From positions 8,991,292-9,055,291 of the forward strand of contig CAJINV010000003.1 of assembly GCA_905178155.1 (NCBI GenBank): a stretch of 64,000 bases of DNA, written 5' to 3'. Origin of the DNA: Amoebophrya sp. A120 (lineage: Eukaryota; Protista; Dinoflagellata). Every line of letters begins with the position of its first letter. The first letter of the stretch is position 1. The notes beneath the pieces are model-generated. The model did not search any database. It was given only the letters and a program-made list of their open reading frames with translations, and was not told the origin of the DNA. This document shows, one piece after another, positions 1 to 13,300 of this stretch. A program made the position numbers and the translations under genes.

Positions 1-1568
1 CACGAAGCAGAAAAAGCGGTCTGCAGCATCGAAAATTCTGGAAGGGGCAACACCCTTCTTGGTGGTGTCCTGCTGTGCGTCTCGTCGCAGTGTTTTGAGT
101 ATTTTGCGCAAGGACGGAGGGTGTTGCAGACGGTGCGGCTCTTTCATCTTTATTTTCTGGCGCTCCGTTGTCCGTTTCGCTACTGCCGTGGTCGAGTCGG
201 GAAGCGGGCGGCGGCACCCGATGCGCCCCTTCTCGCTCCAGATTCGACGCAACACTGGATAATGCACTACCAGAACCAGCATCATAACGACCTGGTGCAC
301 CTCGTGATTCTACGTCTCCCGTTGGGGGCGCAACCACTTCGATCTCTTCCATTGCAGCAACGTGGTCCTCGGTGCCTTTTTCAGCTCCCTGCTTCGTTGT
401 CGTTGAAGTTTCATCTTCACTCAAAACTGGAGCAACGCGCCGTTTTCGACAGACGTTTAGCCGACCGCCATGCAGTAAGAGGAAAAAGGTCGACCACAAG
501 TAGATTAAGGCGTGCAGTGTGAACGCAACTTGGTTCCACGGTGGCCAACCCACTCCGCCCATGGTCCAGTAGAAGGCTTCGAACCAGACGAAAGTGAAGG
601 CAAACAGCCAAAAACGACGGTAGAACGCCATCGCTGAGCGCGCAAAAAGCAGCAAGCATTGCGCTCCTGCTCCGTCGACCGCTTTCGTTTGGTCTTTGGG
701 CTTTTCATCATTCGTCTCCCGGCCAATGTCCTCCTGTGCGCGGTCGCTCGACGTTGTCACGGGAGATTTTTTATTCTTGGGCTCCACGATATGGGTGTGT
801 CAGGTTCGAAATCGCCAAAGTTCAGCAAATTCAAAGAAATGCGACGAGGAGTAGGACACCCAAGCACCACACAGAAAACAGGCACCAAATAACTGTACAG
901 GAGCGAGAGGTCCTACCAAGTGAGAGAGATTGCACTCAAGCCTGTTTAGGGATCGAGATGGAGGGCATGGCAAATGAAAATGGATGGCACGGCTCCGAGA
1001 AGTAGTTGCACTTGTACGGGCATCGGCATGGCAAAAGCATAAGAAAAAACTGCATCTATTTGCATCTATTTGCTTCCAAAGTTGCTTGTCATGCGCTGCA
1101 CAGAAATTCAGCTTTCTTCCAACTTTTATCGAGTTTATGAAGCAGACACTTCAACTTGTTAATTTGTCGACTTCAAAACCTGACGCTTCCATACACGACA
1201 GCAGACAGCGGAAGAGATCTTGTGACCACAACATCTACAGCCACCGCAACGGTTTGACCTTGACGAGCAACATCTTCGTCGCTACAACGGTCTTCATTGC
1301 TCGTGTGAGAAGCCGAGCTCTGTGCCTGCAGCACACTCCGCGCTCGGGGCTCTAAATTTCCATGCGGATCTACTTCTAGCTCCCGCTGCTCAGCAACATT
1401 CTGGTGGGTTCTTGGGCTTGAGACAGCCATACTTAATATGATTATGCGTCTATCCCCTGCTCCACTGCAGAACGGCAAACGATGCTGCTGGTCTTCGAGT
1501 CTCCAGTTTTTTCGTCCGCACTGGAATGCAGCCACGGAGAAAGGCGCGACGCGTTCAAATAGCAAATA
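1..1568 (-). CDS. Partial multi-exon membrane protein of unknown function (runs off the left edge; 5' exons unresolved)
   Basis: Exon 1568-1194 (ORF 1173..1565) joins in frame (..AVV|EPK..) to a frame open from 784 toward position 1. That frame has hydrophobic segments AFYRRFWLFAFTFVWFEAFYWTMGG and VAFTLHALIYLWSTFFLLL. Confidence 0.6.
790..1193. mobile_element. TAT...ATA TIR introner (non-canonical intron), 404 bp
   Basis: Perfect flanking duplication CACGA at 785-789 and 1194-1198. Imperfect TIR of about 45 bp (tatgggtgtgtcaggttcgaaatcgcc / tatggaagcgtcaggttttgaagtcgac). Removing 409 nt restores the frame. Confidence 0.85.
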
Positions 1569-3248
1569 CTATAACAGCGAACAACAGCAACATGCAAGGG
1601 ATTTGCGAATACGATTACGAATTAGCGGAAGCCAGTAATAGTAAACCTGATTGAACATGAGCGTAAGACTTTTTTATTTTTCGTAAAATTTTACAAGCGA
1701 ACGCCACCACAAGGAAAATTATACAGAAACCGACGTAAAGTGAGAGCTACTAGTCAAACGAAAACTCACGGAGAATGACGAAAAGGAACTAATAGTACTA
1801 TGAGTTTGATGAAATGTGCGCGCTGCAGGAATGAGTCACAATGATGTGTGGCCGTAATACTAATGATATTGCCATTGTGGAAATTATAGCAGGATCATAT
1901 TATACATGCGGGAGGCTGTGGCTCAGATATGCTTCATCACTTTCACTTTTATTCATTTCTCTTTCTGTGACTGGAAGTCGTGTAGAAAAAGCGGGAGCTT
2001 TACGTCGTCCGCACATCATGTTTTGGATTTCCATCGATGCCCCCTCTTACTTTCATACCGTCTACGAAACGCGTTCTCGTTTCTCTCATCGCTCTGGCGA
2101 CTCTACTTTTCAATCTCCGTCGCGGTTCCAAAATGAGCGTGTCATGTCTCGGACACTTTGCGCCACTCAGAGGATGCCCCACGACAGCAGGGGCAGACGG
2201 ATGACAACCTACCATCTTAACACACAACGCAGCAGCTGCAGGCGAGTTCATACTCAAACTCCACGCTTTAGTTTTATCGGATATTTCTTTATGTACGTAG
2301 TTCGACGTCTTGTTGTACGCTCACCCGGAGCTGCTTCTAAGGGATTCAAAGAGTTCGGCATAAAGTACAGGGTAAGACTAAGAGCGTTCATGTATCTATA
2401 CGTTATGATCTTACTGCGCGTCCAACGGACCGCAATTAATTATAGCACTAGTGCCCAACGAGCACCTACAACGAAGAACAATGACCTAGACCTTGATGAC
2501 GTTGACTAGTTGAAAACTGTTGTGTTCATTTACAATATAACACGTTCACGACGAGAGTTTCTACTCTTTTCCGCAAACCTACGCCTACGGTCGTTCTGGG
2601 CATTTTTACATTCAGATTTTACAGGGTACAGCTGCACAACAAACAACAGGGCTGAAGATACAATCATGTCGTCTATGTTGCGCTGACGAGATAGAAAACG
2701 ATTTCGATACCCATACAACGTCGACGATCGAAGCAATAGAAGAAGCTACGCAAATTGAAATTCTACAAAGATGAAAGGCTAGCCGAAGTCACTCAGTGAT
2801 GAGCTAGTATCTACCTTCGATTTTGAATTCTGAGACGTTGAAAGAAAAGCTGCCTCGACGTCAGGGTGCCCCCCGTCGCATTCATCAATTTGTAGCTGGT
2901 GTTGGATTCGTAACAAAGTATGTATTGATTGTAGGCTTTGCTTGCACTTGCGCTTATCGTTGCCCGTGAAGGTAATTGCAGTGCTGGTGCTTCTACTGTG
3001 TGTTGCTTTAGCTTAAGCACAAAAAGAAGAAGAAAAGAGATGTATGCCGGGTTCTAGCTCTGCCTCTATGTGTGGTCTTCACTATGTCAGAAAATCCGCT
3101 TCGGCGCAAAAAATAAGGCTCAACATGTCGTATAAGAACAAGTACAAGTGGAAGCTCCGTCTACTTAATATATTTGCTTTTCTTGATGATATTAACGATG
3201 TCCGCTGCATTCATCGTGTCGTAGTAGCAATAGTAGAGATGCGTAGTC

Positions 3249-6200
3249 TCATTTGAAAAAATCTGTCAGCGCAACGCGTGACCATTTGTTGTCTTGCAGC
3301 GGAGAGTTTGAAGTGCGCGTGGGCGCCAGACCAGCCTTCGCAGCTGTCGAGCTCGTTTCCTTATTTGAAGATGGCAGAGCTCCGAGGGCCTTTAGTCGCT
3401 CGTAAGCAGACAAGAAGGTTGGGCTACTCGTAATACTTACGCGCTTCGGGGGAGGGGATGCTGCGGCTGCTGGTGCTGGGCCGCCCGGTTGCTCCCCTAT
3501 TGTGGTGGTGTTCAACGAGGATGTCGTGGCTGCGGGGGGACTCGTTGTTTTGACACTCTTATTCGTATAATTCGGGATCGTCGTCGTGCTACCTACAGTA
3601 ATTGCGCTTGCGCTACTGCCGACCACGGTGTCCTTTTCTCCGTCTAAAATGCGCTGTGTAAGCTCAACATGCTGCTCTGGTGTAGCGCGGGCAGCCTCCT
3701 CGCGTAACCTTCGTGGGGAAAACGTGGGAGATTTCAGCTTCGGCCGTGGCGGGAGCGTGCTAATTGGCGCGCTAAGACGCCCCCCGGGCAGAACGCGGCG
3801 TTGCTGGACAAGACCAGTGTCGACTTTAGGAGAAGCCGAGCCCCCACCACGCTTGCTGCCCGCAGTGGCCGTTCTCGGTTGCTCCGCCGATTGATTCCCG
3901 ACATCAGGACCACTCGTAATAGCATTTGTATTTTTCTCGTCTGCAGCGCTGCCAGTTTCGGAGCGCTCTGCTGTTTTGCTCTTCATGCTAGTAGTAGGGG
4001 TTGAAATCACGCGGGACGACGAAGACCCCGTCAAGAAAACTGTGCGGCGCACATGCTCGCGCCCTGCCTGTCGGCTTGCTGCTCCGGAGGATGACGTAGC
4101 ACTGGAAGGTGCATTTCCATTTCCGAGACTGTCCGAGGAGGATGACCCAGAACCGGTCGAGGTACTGCTGCTGCTTCCCGTGAGACCGGGCCGCGGTTTC
4201 ATGTCAGGTCGCACATACCCAGGCTCTCCGAGCTTCGGCGGCTCACGCGGCGGCGTGGAAACCGAGGGGGAAGAGGCTGCTGGAGACCGAATTCCTTGAC
4301 TGGAGGTAGGCGAAAGGCTTTTGCCCTTCACTTCCAGCGTCAGGGAAGACGAGGAACTACTGCTGATCGTCGTGCTATTTGGAGGTTTCAGCACTGGTTC
4401 ACAAACCAGCTCGCCGCCAGCAACTCCGCCGGTATCAAGTGTAAAAATGTCTGGGTCTGGAAGAGTGCAAGATTTGTGATGCAGGTTTTCCATGACCCAC
4501 GAGGTCTGGAATGCGAGACCCAGCATGACAGATTCTTTGAGGTCTCTATCATGCCTTTCCCTTTCCTGCATGAGAAACCCCCTCCCAACTTGGTCAAAAG
4601 CGGACAGCTTTTGGTACTCACGCAACACAGATTTTTGCATCATTCAGATTTAGCATGACAAGTTCTAATCTTCCAGACCCAGACATTTTTGCATTTGATA
4701 GCCTGCCGAGGAAGTCGACGACGAGGCGCCATCAGGATTGTTGATGGAACCGCCTTTGCGATCGGCCGCCCTTTGCGCCGCCCTCAGAACCGCCTGCTCG
4801 GCCCGCTCCTTTTCTGCCTGCTTCTCCAAGTGTTCCGCAAATTTGCGCTCGAGGACATCAATTGCAACGCGGCCCTCAGACTTGTAAATCTCGTTTTCCC
4901 ACTCCCACGGGGACGGAATCTCGTTTTCGCCGAGCATCTGCAAATTGAACACCTGACAAGATTTGAAGGCCTTTTTGTTCAAGAAGTTCATCTCGATAAT
5001 TTCCTAAAACAGTTTGAGCACACGACTGGGACTGTCTTCACCACAAACACAAAGACAAAAAGATACATATATAAGCAGTGGCGATGGCAAGAAGTTCCTC
5101 TCTTTGCTATTTCCAGTTCGTCGTGGTCGTCCCGAGCATGATTTGTTGAGAAGACTACAACGAAACAGTGCGGACAAGTAAGAAGGAATGAGAATCGCAA
5201 AGGTTCCGCACAAAATTCAAACGTCACCGAAGATCAGACGTTTATTTTCCAAACATTTTTGCAGTTCCTCTAAACAAGATCAAGAAGCAGGGCCATCCTC
5301 ATACGGTACCTTTAGCTCCTGAGAAGCGTAGAGAAAAAGCTCCTTGAGAAAAAGCATAAACTCCTTCCCGTGGTTCATGTGCCTCAAATGCGCTATCTCG
5401 TGCAGCAATATTGCGGTCAGTGTGCCCTTGGAGAGAAATTCCGTCCGGGGATCCCCCTTGGTCGGGTGAATCCGTACGCGAAGCAGAATGCTCGTTCGGT
5501 ACCCCACTGTTTTTGTGATCTTCCCTGTTTCCGCGTTCCGAACCACCATGGGATCCTTCGCGGTGCTGCCTGCCTTTTTAGCGCAGCAATGAGCCTCGCC
5601 AAAAATATGGTACCTTTGGTTTGTTATATTGAAAGAGAAAGGTCGTGCCATGATGCGTGAAGACCACAATTCGAATTCTCGCTTTTCATCTCACTTCATC
5701 TTCCGCACTGGGCCTGGTGCTGTTCCTTCTGCTATAATTCATCAGGTGTGCAGCTTCTTCGTTTAGTTATAAATATGTTTGTTTCTCCTGCCACGAGTCG
5801 CGAACAACTCCATATTTTTGCTTCATTTAGTGGGTCTTTAACCCATTTATGCATTCCACACTATTCGAATGAATCGGGCGCACTTCCCAGCAATCTTCAG
5901 CAGTTGGTTCTAGAAATAAACAAAAAAAGAAAAACTAGAAGCAAAACCTAAAAATAAGACTTGACCACGACCTACGAAATCAAAACAAGTGGCTACGACA
6001 CCAGGCAAAATCGTATGTACCTGAGGTTAAATTTGCGTGTGATGGGCTGCAGGAGAAACTGGTCGAGCTCCCACAAAATGGCTGCAACGCGGCCGCGGTG
6101 GGGTAGGTCAATCTTTTGGTTTGATTTCTGGTCACGGTAGTACCCGAATGTGTGGTACTTGTTGAGAAACTGCTCTCCATCCTCCTCCGCAAAATAGGAC

Positions 6201-6856
6201 GTAGATTGAAACCTTTTTAGGTATCCCAGAGAAAAAAGCTGGCAGGGCGTATTTGTAATGCAAAAATAAATACACACAAAAATTTGTCATGGGTGGCCTC
6301 ATAGCATGCTGTTTTGGACTTGCAATACAGATTTTTTTGTGTATTTCGTTTAGCATTACAAATATGCCCTTCCAGCTTGAGCTTTTTTCTGTGTGATATT
6401 AGGAGTCGGGTGTCAATTGAGGTGCGGGGGCTCTCCTTGTTCACCTCCCTCCCTAACATCAACCAAGAATCTATTGAGAGGAAAAATCCCCCCTCCCCAT
6501 ATTGAAAAGGTACGCTTCCAAAAATTTGTGTTGCGGATTTGAGGTCACAAATCACATCTGTCTTGCAAGACGACAAGGGCAGAAGCTTTCGCCCCATTAG
6601 GGAAGCGATTTGTCATGCTGGTGGGCTTAAAGGGGAGCCGTTTGCCATGCTGAGCAACTAGACCCATACGCCCCTACCTAGCCTGGGGATCTGGCCGCAG
6701 TGCCGCTTTGCAATACAAAGCTGATTTGTGGTCACAAATCAGCATCACGAATTTCCGTTTTGATATGGGGAGGGGGGATTTTTCATTTTGATAGAATCTC
6801 GCGGCATGCCGCAAGCCTTTGCCTTGGTAGTGCTAGTGCTAGTGGATGAAGAGTCG
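3249..6856 (-). CDS. WLM (Wss1/SprT-like) zinc metalloprotease-domain protein with long Ser/Thr/Pro-rich tail; 5' end unresolved
   Basis: Motif ILLRVR...ILLHEIAHLRHMNHGKEF (HExxH plus downstream H, typical of WLM). Inferred exons 6856-6794, 6466-6399, 6216-6021, 5613-5310, 4952-4701 and 4427-3249 give one continuous frame. Confidence 0.7.
4433..4700. mobile_element. TAT...ATA TIR introner, 268 bp
   Basis: TIR tatcaagtgtaaaaatgtctgggtctggaaga / tatcaaatgcaaaaatgtctgggtctggaaga (30/32). Flanks GCCGG (4428-4432) and GCCTG (4701-4705). Removing 273 nt deletes the in-frame stop and joins SSAG|GVAG. Confidence 0.8.
6222..6398. mobile_element. TAT...ATA TIR introner, 177 bp, almost fully palindromic
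   Basis: Perfect duplication TTAGG at 6217-6221 and 6399-6403, with imperfect TIRs of about 65 bp. Removal joins TRLL|KRFQSTSY in frame. Confidence 0.9.
6472..6793. mobile_element. TAT...ATA TIR introner, 322 bp
   Basis: Perfect duplication GAATC at 6467-6471 and 6794-6798. TIRs share gaaaaatcccccctccccatat. Removal joins MPRDS|WLMLG in frame. Confidence 0.9.
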
Positions 6857-7314
6857 CTATGTACTATTATATCTACTACAACTAGTATACGTCAAAAGAT
6901 TCATGCGACTGGGAGAGACGGCGAACCGTCAGGGATGCATAGTTAGAAAAAGGAATAGGAAAAGGTCTTTAATATAATTGCTATGTTAAAAAGACGAGGT
7001 TTGCATGATAATGTATCTGGATCCGCAGCCTGGTGGTGATGTGCAACAACTCCAGTTTTTCGAATAACGACAGATAACATGGCGGGAAGCACCAATCATG
7101 CGAAGTGGATAGTGAGTCAAAAGTCCTGCAGTGTGGTTTTCAATGCCACCTCAAGGACCGAAAGCAACTTTATACTGAGCAAGGCTCATCTGAACTTTCC
7201 AAGACCGACTGCAAGCAGGTGCCAGTACGTACGACCACAACAGAGCGCTAGTATAATATCCTTGCAACCGAAACTGATTCCTGATTGATTTGTAAACCTT
7301 AAGCTTCAGTTCTT

Positions 7315-10300
7315 CTAGACTCTGACCGAATTGCACTTTAGTGTAGAAGATGAAGAGTAGACAGAGTGCATCAACATCATCACCAACGCAATCAAATTGA
7401 AATCGTAATCGGGAAAACAGGAGCACGACCTGTGGTTACGGTTAGCAAGCGGGCGACTGCGGCGCCGAGTCATCGTCATATCTACGAAAATCCTAGTATG
7501 TAGAAAGATGCTACTGAAAAGGTACCTTTCCGTAGATTCTTTTCTGAGAATGGAGCGCCCTCTTTCGACGCCCTGGACCGGCTCAGTCTGCTTGCTTGGC
7601 GAAGACGATTTGGACGGCGAGCTGGCTTTCTTACGGTTCAGGAAGCTTTTTCCAGCCGAAAAAGTCTGAGAAAATCTCGTATTACGCACTTGACCGTCCG
7701 TCAAAGCGCGCGGCCTCGTCGTGACGGGTTTGGCCACCCCCTGCAGGCCGCCGGCCAAAAAATCTTCTGCAGTCGAAGTGAGAGAGGTAGTAAGGTTCAT
7801 TTCCTTCTTGGGAAGCGTACCGAGGTCTTGACCTCTATCGCGGTAGTCGGTTGTGGTGCTGGCCGCAGCCGTGGTTGATATTTTCACTGCGCCACAGCTA
7901 GTAGTTGAGTTGCTGGATGACGCAGAGCAGGACTGAAGCGAAGCAACACTGCCAGTTCGAAGAAGCTTCTTTGGGGTTGGCGTCTGCTCTCCGCGTGTTT
8001 CGTTGCCCGCAAGAGAAAAGGAACCACTAGTAGTGGCCCTGCCTGCTTCACCAAAACAAAAGGTGCGGGCAGTATCTACCGCCGCCCCCGCAGCTTTATC
8101 TGCACGTGTCGCTTCGGGGTTGTCTGCTATCGCGCAACTGTCTATCGTCACTAGGGCCGATCCCGATGATGATGATGATGATGATGAAGATGAAGATGAT
8201 GTTGACGGAAAGCTGTTGCATCTTTGGATCCTCCTTTTAGACTGGGTCGTGGTCCCCGCATTGGTTCCCGTTGTTGCTGAACTACTCGAAGTAGAATTTT
8301 CACCTCGCGCGGTTAACCTTCTACGACCACCACCTGTCATCTCACACTTGGCGCTGCTTCTCTTCAGCCTAGCTGTGGTTTGATCATGCGCCTTCGCGGC
8401 GCTTGTGAATAAGCTCGGTTCTACTTGGGACGCGCAGGAGTGCTGTTGGTCACCTGCTCCGACATGATCAGCCCCGGCGGGCCCGACGCCCTTTGTAATA
8501 TGATTACGATGATCATTTTGATTTTTCCTACTTCCATTATTTGTTGCATCCCTGCTGCTGTTCGCCGTCGGTTTGCATGATCCTGGTGTAAGACCACTAG
8601 CGACCATTACCATTTGCGATGGTGCACAGGAAAGGTCCTCCTCCGCGCCAGCAGCTGGCCTTCCTTGCAGATGCAGAGGAGCCTTCTTGATGGTGGACAT
8701 GGAGCGTCTGGTCGGCGTAACTGCAACGATCTTTGGCAGTTGCAGCGCTCCGCCTCCGCCAGCTGTTGTAGCATGGCACCCCGCGGCGAATGATGCCGAC
8801 GAAACGGACGAGGTGCAGGAAGAAGCAGAAGAAGGTGGCGGGAAGAGCCCCCGCGCTCTTATTTCTTGTTCTGGTGCGCCTTCGCTGTTGTGCTTAGGGG
8901 GTCCCGAATAGGACTGCGAGTTGTTTTTGGCATCTTCGTGTGCAGCTTCGTTCTCCGGCAGAGGAGATGACGTTGTGGGGCTGCTTCCAGGCGTTTCCGG
9001 ATTGAAAAGCATGGGTGGGCTGTTTGTTTTGACAAGCGAACAGCTGCCTCCGCTCCTTGTCCCTTGATGGTCTCCTGAGAATTTTTGCAGTCCTGTGAGG
9101 TCACCGAAATCAATACCGCAGCTGCCGGTTGGATGATCGGTATGATCCACTGTGGCACGACGCGGTGAAGAAAGTAAGGCCGCTAATGCAGCAGCCTGTG
9201 CGTGCTCCTGGTAGTCTTGTTCAAAATGTGCTTCTGCTGCCATGACTTCTGTGTTGGTTTCATCTTCGCAGCTCTCATCACATTTAGTCTCATCTTTCCT
9301 TGTTGTTTCTTCATATGCATGGCACGGAAGCTGCAGCGTCGGAAGCAAGTTAGTCGACAGAAGGTGCAGGGCTTGTCCTGAGCAATTTTCCAGGTCGTCC
9401 AGGTTTTCCGGTATTTCATCTTGCTCAGCCTCTACAGAATTCTGTTCGAGGAACGAGAATTGCGCGTCGTGATTCAAGCTTTTCGTAGATTCCAGATGTT
9501 TGGAGCAGTAGTCTGTTTCTTTTCCCTCGTCCACTCGATAAAACGTGAACGTTCCATCGAGCGTTGCCTGCGCACTTGCTTCGTCGACCAGTTGTTTCTG
9601 GTGCGGTCCGTGTTGTACTGCACCAGAAGCAGACGTAGACAACGAGGAGTCCGAGTATAAAAATTCGTCGCCAACGCCAGCGGTATGACTTTCCCGATGG
9701 ATACTGCGAATCTTTCCGCGATCCGAGAAGCTGGCTTGCGCACGGCTGCTACGAGTTGATCTGCTGTACCCAGCTGGTGCACCGCCATTCTGCAAAAGAT
9801 AAAGCACGGGCGGGCTCGACACGCCATGGCCAGCGCGATTCCGGTGCAATAAATCGCGTTCTCGTCGCGGCGACAAGGCTGTCGTCGTAGAGTGAAGGAG
9901 CAGAACGCCAGGAGGCGGGCTTGGAATATCTACTACAACGTCGGAAGCACGATTGCCGGCCCTTGCCTCCAAGAGGGAACTCTCCTGCTCGGCAACATCG
10001 TCAGTACCGGGTTGCTCGATCACGGCATTGTTTTTCACTGGCGTACGCACTGATAGCGAAAAATCCGACTGATCCTGAAGAAGCTGGTCGTGGCTGGCAT
10101 TGTGCTCCGCCGTAGCTCCGAACAACCGATAATCATCATGATCATGATGAGGAGAAAAGTTGTACATTGTGGCAGCCTGCTGCTTGTCAGCGTTGTTCCT
10201 TGACGGAGGCGAAGGAGGAGCATTTGCGTTAGGGTTTGCTGCGTTCCTGTTCCGTAAGGCCGTGCTGCGTTGCGCTCCACTGCAAGACACAAAACAAAGA

Positions 10301-13300
10301 CCTGATGAATTCTTCGATGTTGATTGATAGTGATGCTGTTGGTTATGGTTTTGCTTGAAAAAGCCAGCTGCATAAGTTTTTGCTTTGCCAGCCGTGGGAG
10401 AAGGGGAAGCGGCCGGGAAAGACGTTGTCGTTGCCAGTCCGGCGGAAAGCTGCTTGTTAAGTGCTGACATTTTGCTTTCTGTGCCGACTGCACTTCCCGC
10501 CCGTCCGGGCGACGTGCTGTACTGGGCATAAAACTCGTGCTCGGTGCTGACCCGGACAGTGTGTCTTTCTGGCCACTCGTTTTTGTTTCCGACACTCGCA
10601 ATGCGCTGCGCTGCTTCGATTCGGATTGGCATCCGAACAAGCGATGCGGACTGATTAAGCATCTCCAGTACCTCAGCGGCGGTTCGAATCTCCAATCTTC
10701 CATTTTGTCCCACGCCAGCGTGTTCTCCTGTAGATGAAAGATGAGAGTGAGCCGTTGATTTCCGCCCGTCAACCGAATGCACAGGAACATCAACCGCATT
10801 CCCAGCGAGGACCCTGTGGTCGCGGGAAGGCACCGTTGCGGCTGCAGTGCCGGATATCTGCAGAAGCGCCGCCGAAGACGACGAAGATGAATCGACAATA
10901 GATTGACAAGATCCCGTCACACTTGATTGTCCAGCGCCCGTGCGGTACGGCTGCACCAATGACGCAGTGCCGCTACTCGACGTTCCGTAGTAGCGCTTCT
11001 GGTGCGAAAAAGTCAGTATCTCACTGATATTTGCCGCCGCAGAGCAGGACGAGTTTTCAACCACTCCAAGTCCTAAGTCTGCTAGGGTCGCTGGCGGCAG
11101 CCGCTGAACTATTCTCTTTCCTGTCACGCCCCCAAAGGTGTAACGGTCACCATTATCAAGTGGAACGGCACCAGAAGCTATGGGGCTGCCTGCGGCTGTG
11201 GCGACGTCATGCTGGCACAGTTCCCCCTCGTAAGACAAGGGCTTCTCTCTGGATGGCGGCGGGGGTGAGCCCCCAAATGCAAACGCCTGCTGATCATCTT
11301 TGCTCTTCGTAGTTTCGCTATCGGTATCGGTCCTCGTCCTCTCGTCGTGTCCAGTCATAAGTCCACGATCGTGTGCTGAATTTTGAGGTGCCGTAACAGT
11401 TGGACACCCGACAAGAGGGTTGCCAGCTGCCGCCGCCGCTCTGCGACGCGGGAGTACCTCTTTGTTCGGTTTATCATCTTCCGTGCGTCGAGCTTGCTCG
11501 GTCGCTCTCTCTTTTCCAACATCGTCAACGTGAGCCCAGATACTTCTCCCAGCGTCCTTAATATTCCGCTTCCCGGGGGGTTGCGCACAAGAAGTACCGT
11601 TCGACACCATCTTTCGACCAGTCATGGCGTCGGGTACTAGAAGCTCTGCGTTAATATTCGCCCCTCCCGGTCCTTGTTCTAGCACGAGTCGTGAGCCGCA
11701 ATGATACTGCTCCGGCTCGGGAAAGAAGTACACTGGAGGCCGCGCTCGAGCTGACGAACCGGACTCCCCAGGTGCCCCTCCTTCTCTGGTCCTATTTTCG
11801 CCTCCGCCGCGGGCTGCACAAGAACTGGAGGATGCAAGGCTGCCATCAGCGCTCGACGAGATGATCTGTAGCCCTGAAAGGTTTAGGGTCGCGTACCGTA
11901 ACGGAACTTTCTGCTGCCGGGTCGACGGAGCGTTTGCATAATTTTTCAGCTCCAAACCCGTGGCACTTTTTAGACTGCGCCCCTGCACTCCACCGGCGGT
12001 AGAGCTTGCGTGACAACTGTTTTTCGCCGATGGTGTTGGCGCATGGTCTCCCACCTTCGTAGTTCGCGTCGTCGCGGTGCTCGCACTCGACAGTGTGCTA
12101 TCGGCCCGAGCTCGTTTGCAGCTCCTCACGATACTAGAAGAACCAGCAGCAGTACTTGAACCGGTCGGCACGATTATGTTGTGCTCGTGGTGGTCCGGCG
12201 GTTGCTCCCTTGCTATTGAAGCGGCGACGCTAAAACTTGGGGACATGATGTCCGGCAAGTGCAGCCATTCATCTCGAATGTCCGCTGAGTGCGTCGCTGT
12301 GAAAGCTGGATACTTGTTGCCAGCTCGGCTGGCGTCGGGCGAAACCAATGGACTGGGACTTCTCCGCTCCTGCTGTTGTGGTGCAGCCGCGAGTGCAGTA
12401 CTGGTTGGGTTTTCGGAAGTATCAGCACCCGCGGAAAGGTCAATGTTGCTGCTCAACACCAGCGGTCTCCTGCCTCCACGCTTGCTGCATGGAACCGCAG
12501 GGAGGACAATGTCCTCGGGTTGTATCAAAAAAAAAAATAGACCAATCCATATCCATTTTTTGCATGATAAACTAACAAAGGATCTGAATCTGATGCATTT
12601 TTCGCGTGACAAATTGGACGGGACGGGGTCTTTTTTTGTGGATAGGTTGATTGCGCGGAATCCGCTTTGCCCCTCGATGCTGAGCGTTCTCGCGATCGCG
12701 AAGCGGATCATGACGCGCTGCATGTGGTTGTTCCTGTCTCGTGGTCTCCGCGCGAAAGGCTGCTGACCTTTTTTGCTCTCGCAGCTGCGACGCTTCCGCT
12801 TCTTCTGGCGCCATTCGATTTTCATCTCTCACAATTTTCTGATAAAGGTCCCCTTGTCGTTTTTCGGGGTCCATCGTGGACTGCAGATGCTGAAATGATG
12901 ATGTCCTAGGGTCTTTCCCTACAGTCTCCTGGTGATCACCGTCTCTATTTTTCCCCAAGATAATCTTGTTACTTGTTGATTTGTTACTTTTTCCGCTTTT
13001 TCTCTTTCCCTTTATTTTCGTCGCAGCGAACAACGCCAGAGCAGCAGAACCGGTAGCGGATGAAGTACCGTTGCCACGTAACTTTCTTCTGATCTTCTGG
13101 TTCTGGTTCGGCTCGGCTGTACAAAAGCTCTGTTCTTGCATTTCAAGCTGCTCTTCTGCAGCTTTGTCCTCGTCGTCCTCCAAGACATCCGTCTTCACCT
13201 CGCGCACGTCCTCGTCGATGCCATCATCAAGAGCTTTGGCAGGTGGGAAGGCATTGTCTGAGTTGTCTCGGCTTTGCTGTTGCAGACAAGGACCGCCATT

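Noticed and set aside
8165-8200. (GAT)n microsatellite
   Set aside because: Encodes an ordinary poly-Ser run in the long ORF.
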